DNA of 64,000 nucleotides, taken from an uncultured Collinsella sp. (GTDB lineage: Bacteria > Actinomycetota > Coriobacteriia > Coriobacteriales > Coriobacteriaceae). A program made the translations under genes and the position numbers. The notes beneath the pieces were generated by a model. It was not told where the DNA came from. It worked only from the letters and a program-made list of their open reading frames with translations, and did no database searches. Location of the stretch: positions 4,211 through 68,210 of the forward strand of contig UQMV01000006.1 in the NCBI GenBank assembly GCA_900542315.1. Reading direction: 5' to 3'. This document shows, piece by piece, positions 63,117 to 64,000 of this stretch. How positions within the stretch are numbered: the first letter of the stretch is position 1; each line of letters begins with the position of its first letter.

Positions 63117-64000
63117 ATGGGAATGTATCAGGGAGTCAACGCTTCCGAGGGCATCGGTATCGGCACCGTCATGGTCGCCGTCGATCCCGACTTGACGTTT
63201 GAGCCGCACGAGGTTGCTGATTCGGCAGCAGAGAAGGAGCGCTATCAGTCCGCTCTTTCGGTCTTCTGCGAGAAGACCCAGGCTCAGGCCGACCACATGA
63301 AGGAGACGGTGGGCGAGGCCGAGGCCGAGATCATGAGCGGACACATTGTCCTGGCTCAGGACCCGGGCATGACCGACGCCATCAACGCCGCCATTGACGG
63401 CGGTACCTGCGCCGAGCAGGCGCTCATGGACACCTCGACCATGTTCGAGAACATGTTCCTGTCCATGGACGACGAGATGTTCCGTCTGCGCGCGGCCGAT
63501 ATCGCCGACATCCGCACCGGTATTCTGGCTGAGCTGCTGGGCAAGGAGGTCGTCGACCTCTCCGTCCTGCCCGAGAACACCGTCGTTGTCGTGCATGACC
63601 TCACGCCGTCCATGACCGCCACGATCGATAAGGCCCACGTTGCCGGTATCGTCACCGAGACCGGTGGCCGCACGTCGCACTCCGCGATTATCGCGCGTGC
63701 CCTCGAGATTCCGGCTGTCCTTTCGGTTTCCAATAGCTGCACCGCGCTGCGCAACGGTATGACCGTTGTCGTCGACGGTGGCAAGGGTATCGTCGAGGCC
63801 GATCCCGACGAGGAGACGCTCGCTGCCTATACCGCCAAGGCCGAGGCCTTCGCTGCCGAGAAGGCAGCCCTCGAGGCCTTCCGTGGCAAGCCGTCCGTGA
63901 CTGCCGATGGCATCAAGAAGATCATCGCCTGCAACATCGGTAACCCCGATGACGTGCCCAACGCGCTCGATCACGACGCCGAGGCCATCGGTCTGTTCCG
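63117..64000 (+). CDS. ptsI: PTS enzyme I (N-terminal part, continues beyond the window)
   Basis: GVNASEGIGIG and GGRTSHSAIIAR (active-site His) motifs; no stop before the window end. Confidence 0.9.
   Translation, partial: MGMYQGVNASEGIGIGTVMVAVDPDLTFEPHEVADSAAEKERYQSALSVFCEKTQAQADHMKETVGEAEAEIMSGHIVLAQDPGMTDAINAAIDGGTCAEQALMDTSTMFENMFLSMDDEMFRLRAADIADIRTGILAELLGKEVVDLSVLPENTVVVVHDLTPSMTATIDKAHVAGIVTETGGRTSHSAIIARALEIPAVLSVSNSCTALRNGMTVVVDGGKGIVEADPDEETLAAYTAKAEAFAAEKAALEAFRGKPSVTADGIKKIIACNIGNPDDVPNALDHDAEAIGLF

Overview
The window is high-GC actinobacterial DNA; gene content (membrane-bound LuxR regulators, PFOR, a pknB/rodA/pstP/fha cluster without pknA) suggests a Coriobacteriia-like anaerobe, which is an inference. 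It holds mostly core genes: rpe-rpiB, a LacI regulator, the conserved Ser/Thr-kinase/FHA/PP2C cell-wall operon, dnaX-ybaB-recR, PFOR, arcC, a LicR-regulated cellobiose PTS with a phospho-beta-glucosidase, an amino acid permease with an amidohydrolase, two paralogous LytS/LytTR two-component systems, and ptsH-ptsI.

The standout is a ~6.2-kb low-GC island (27.8-34.0 kb) bracketed by ~550-bp direct repeats that duplicate the 3' end of an FHA-domain gene. The island encodes a radical-SAM/SPASM maturase and two short Cys/Asp-rich peptides sharing an MKHIHP N-terminus, one of them in a frame not called by the ORF track. It also encodes a 35-aa hydrophobic peptide, a convergent ABC exporter and a decayed HemK-like methyltransferase. 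I read this as a candidate, apparently undescribed, ranthipeptide-like RiPP locus.

Other points worth a second look:
- two families of dispersed or arrayed intergenic repeats: a GGAAAGCGYATCCC inverted-repeat array at two loci, and a GGGGACGTTCC-containing composite element at four loci including both island boundaries;
- a RodA-PBP fusion ORF;
- a PstP with a ~250-aa disordered N-terminal extension;
- an amber-interrupted FHA gene;
- large compound palindromes downstream of PFOR and upstream of ptsH;
- a lower-GC accessory segment with a DUF4143 ATPase preceded by three 33-bp tandem repeats.
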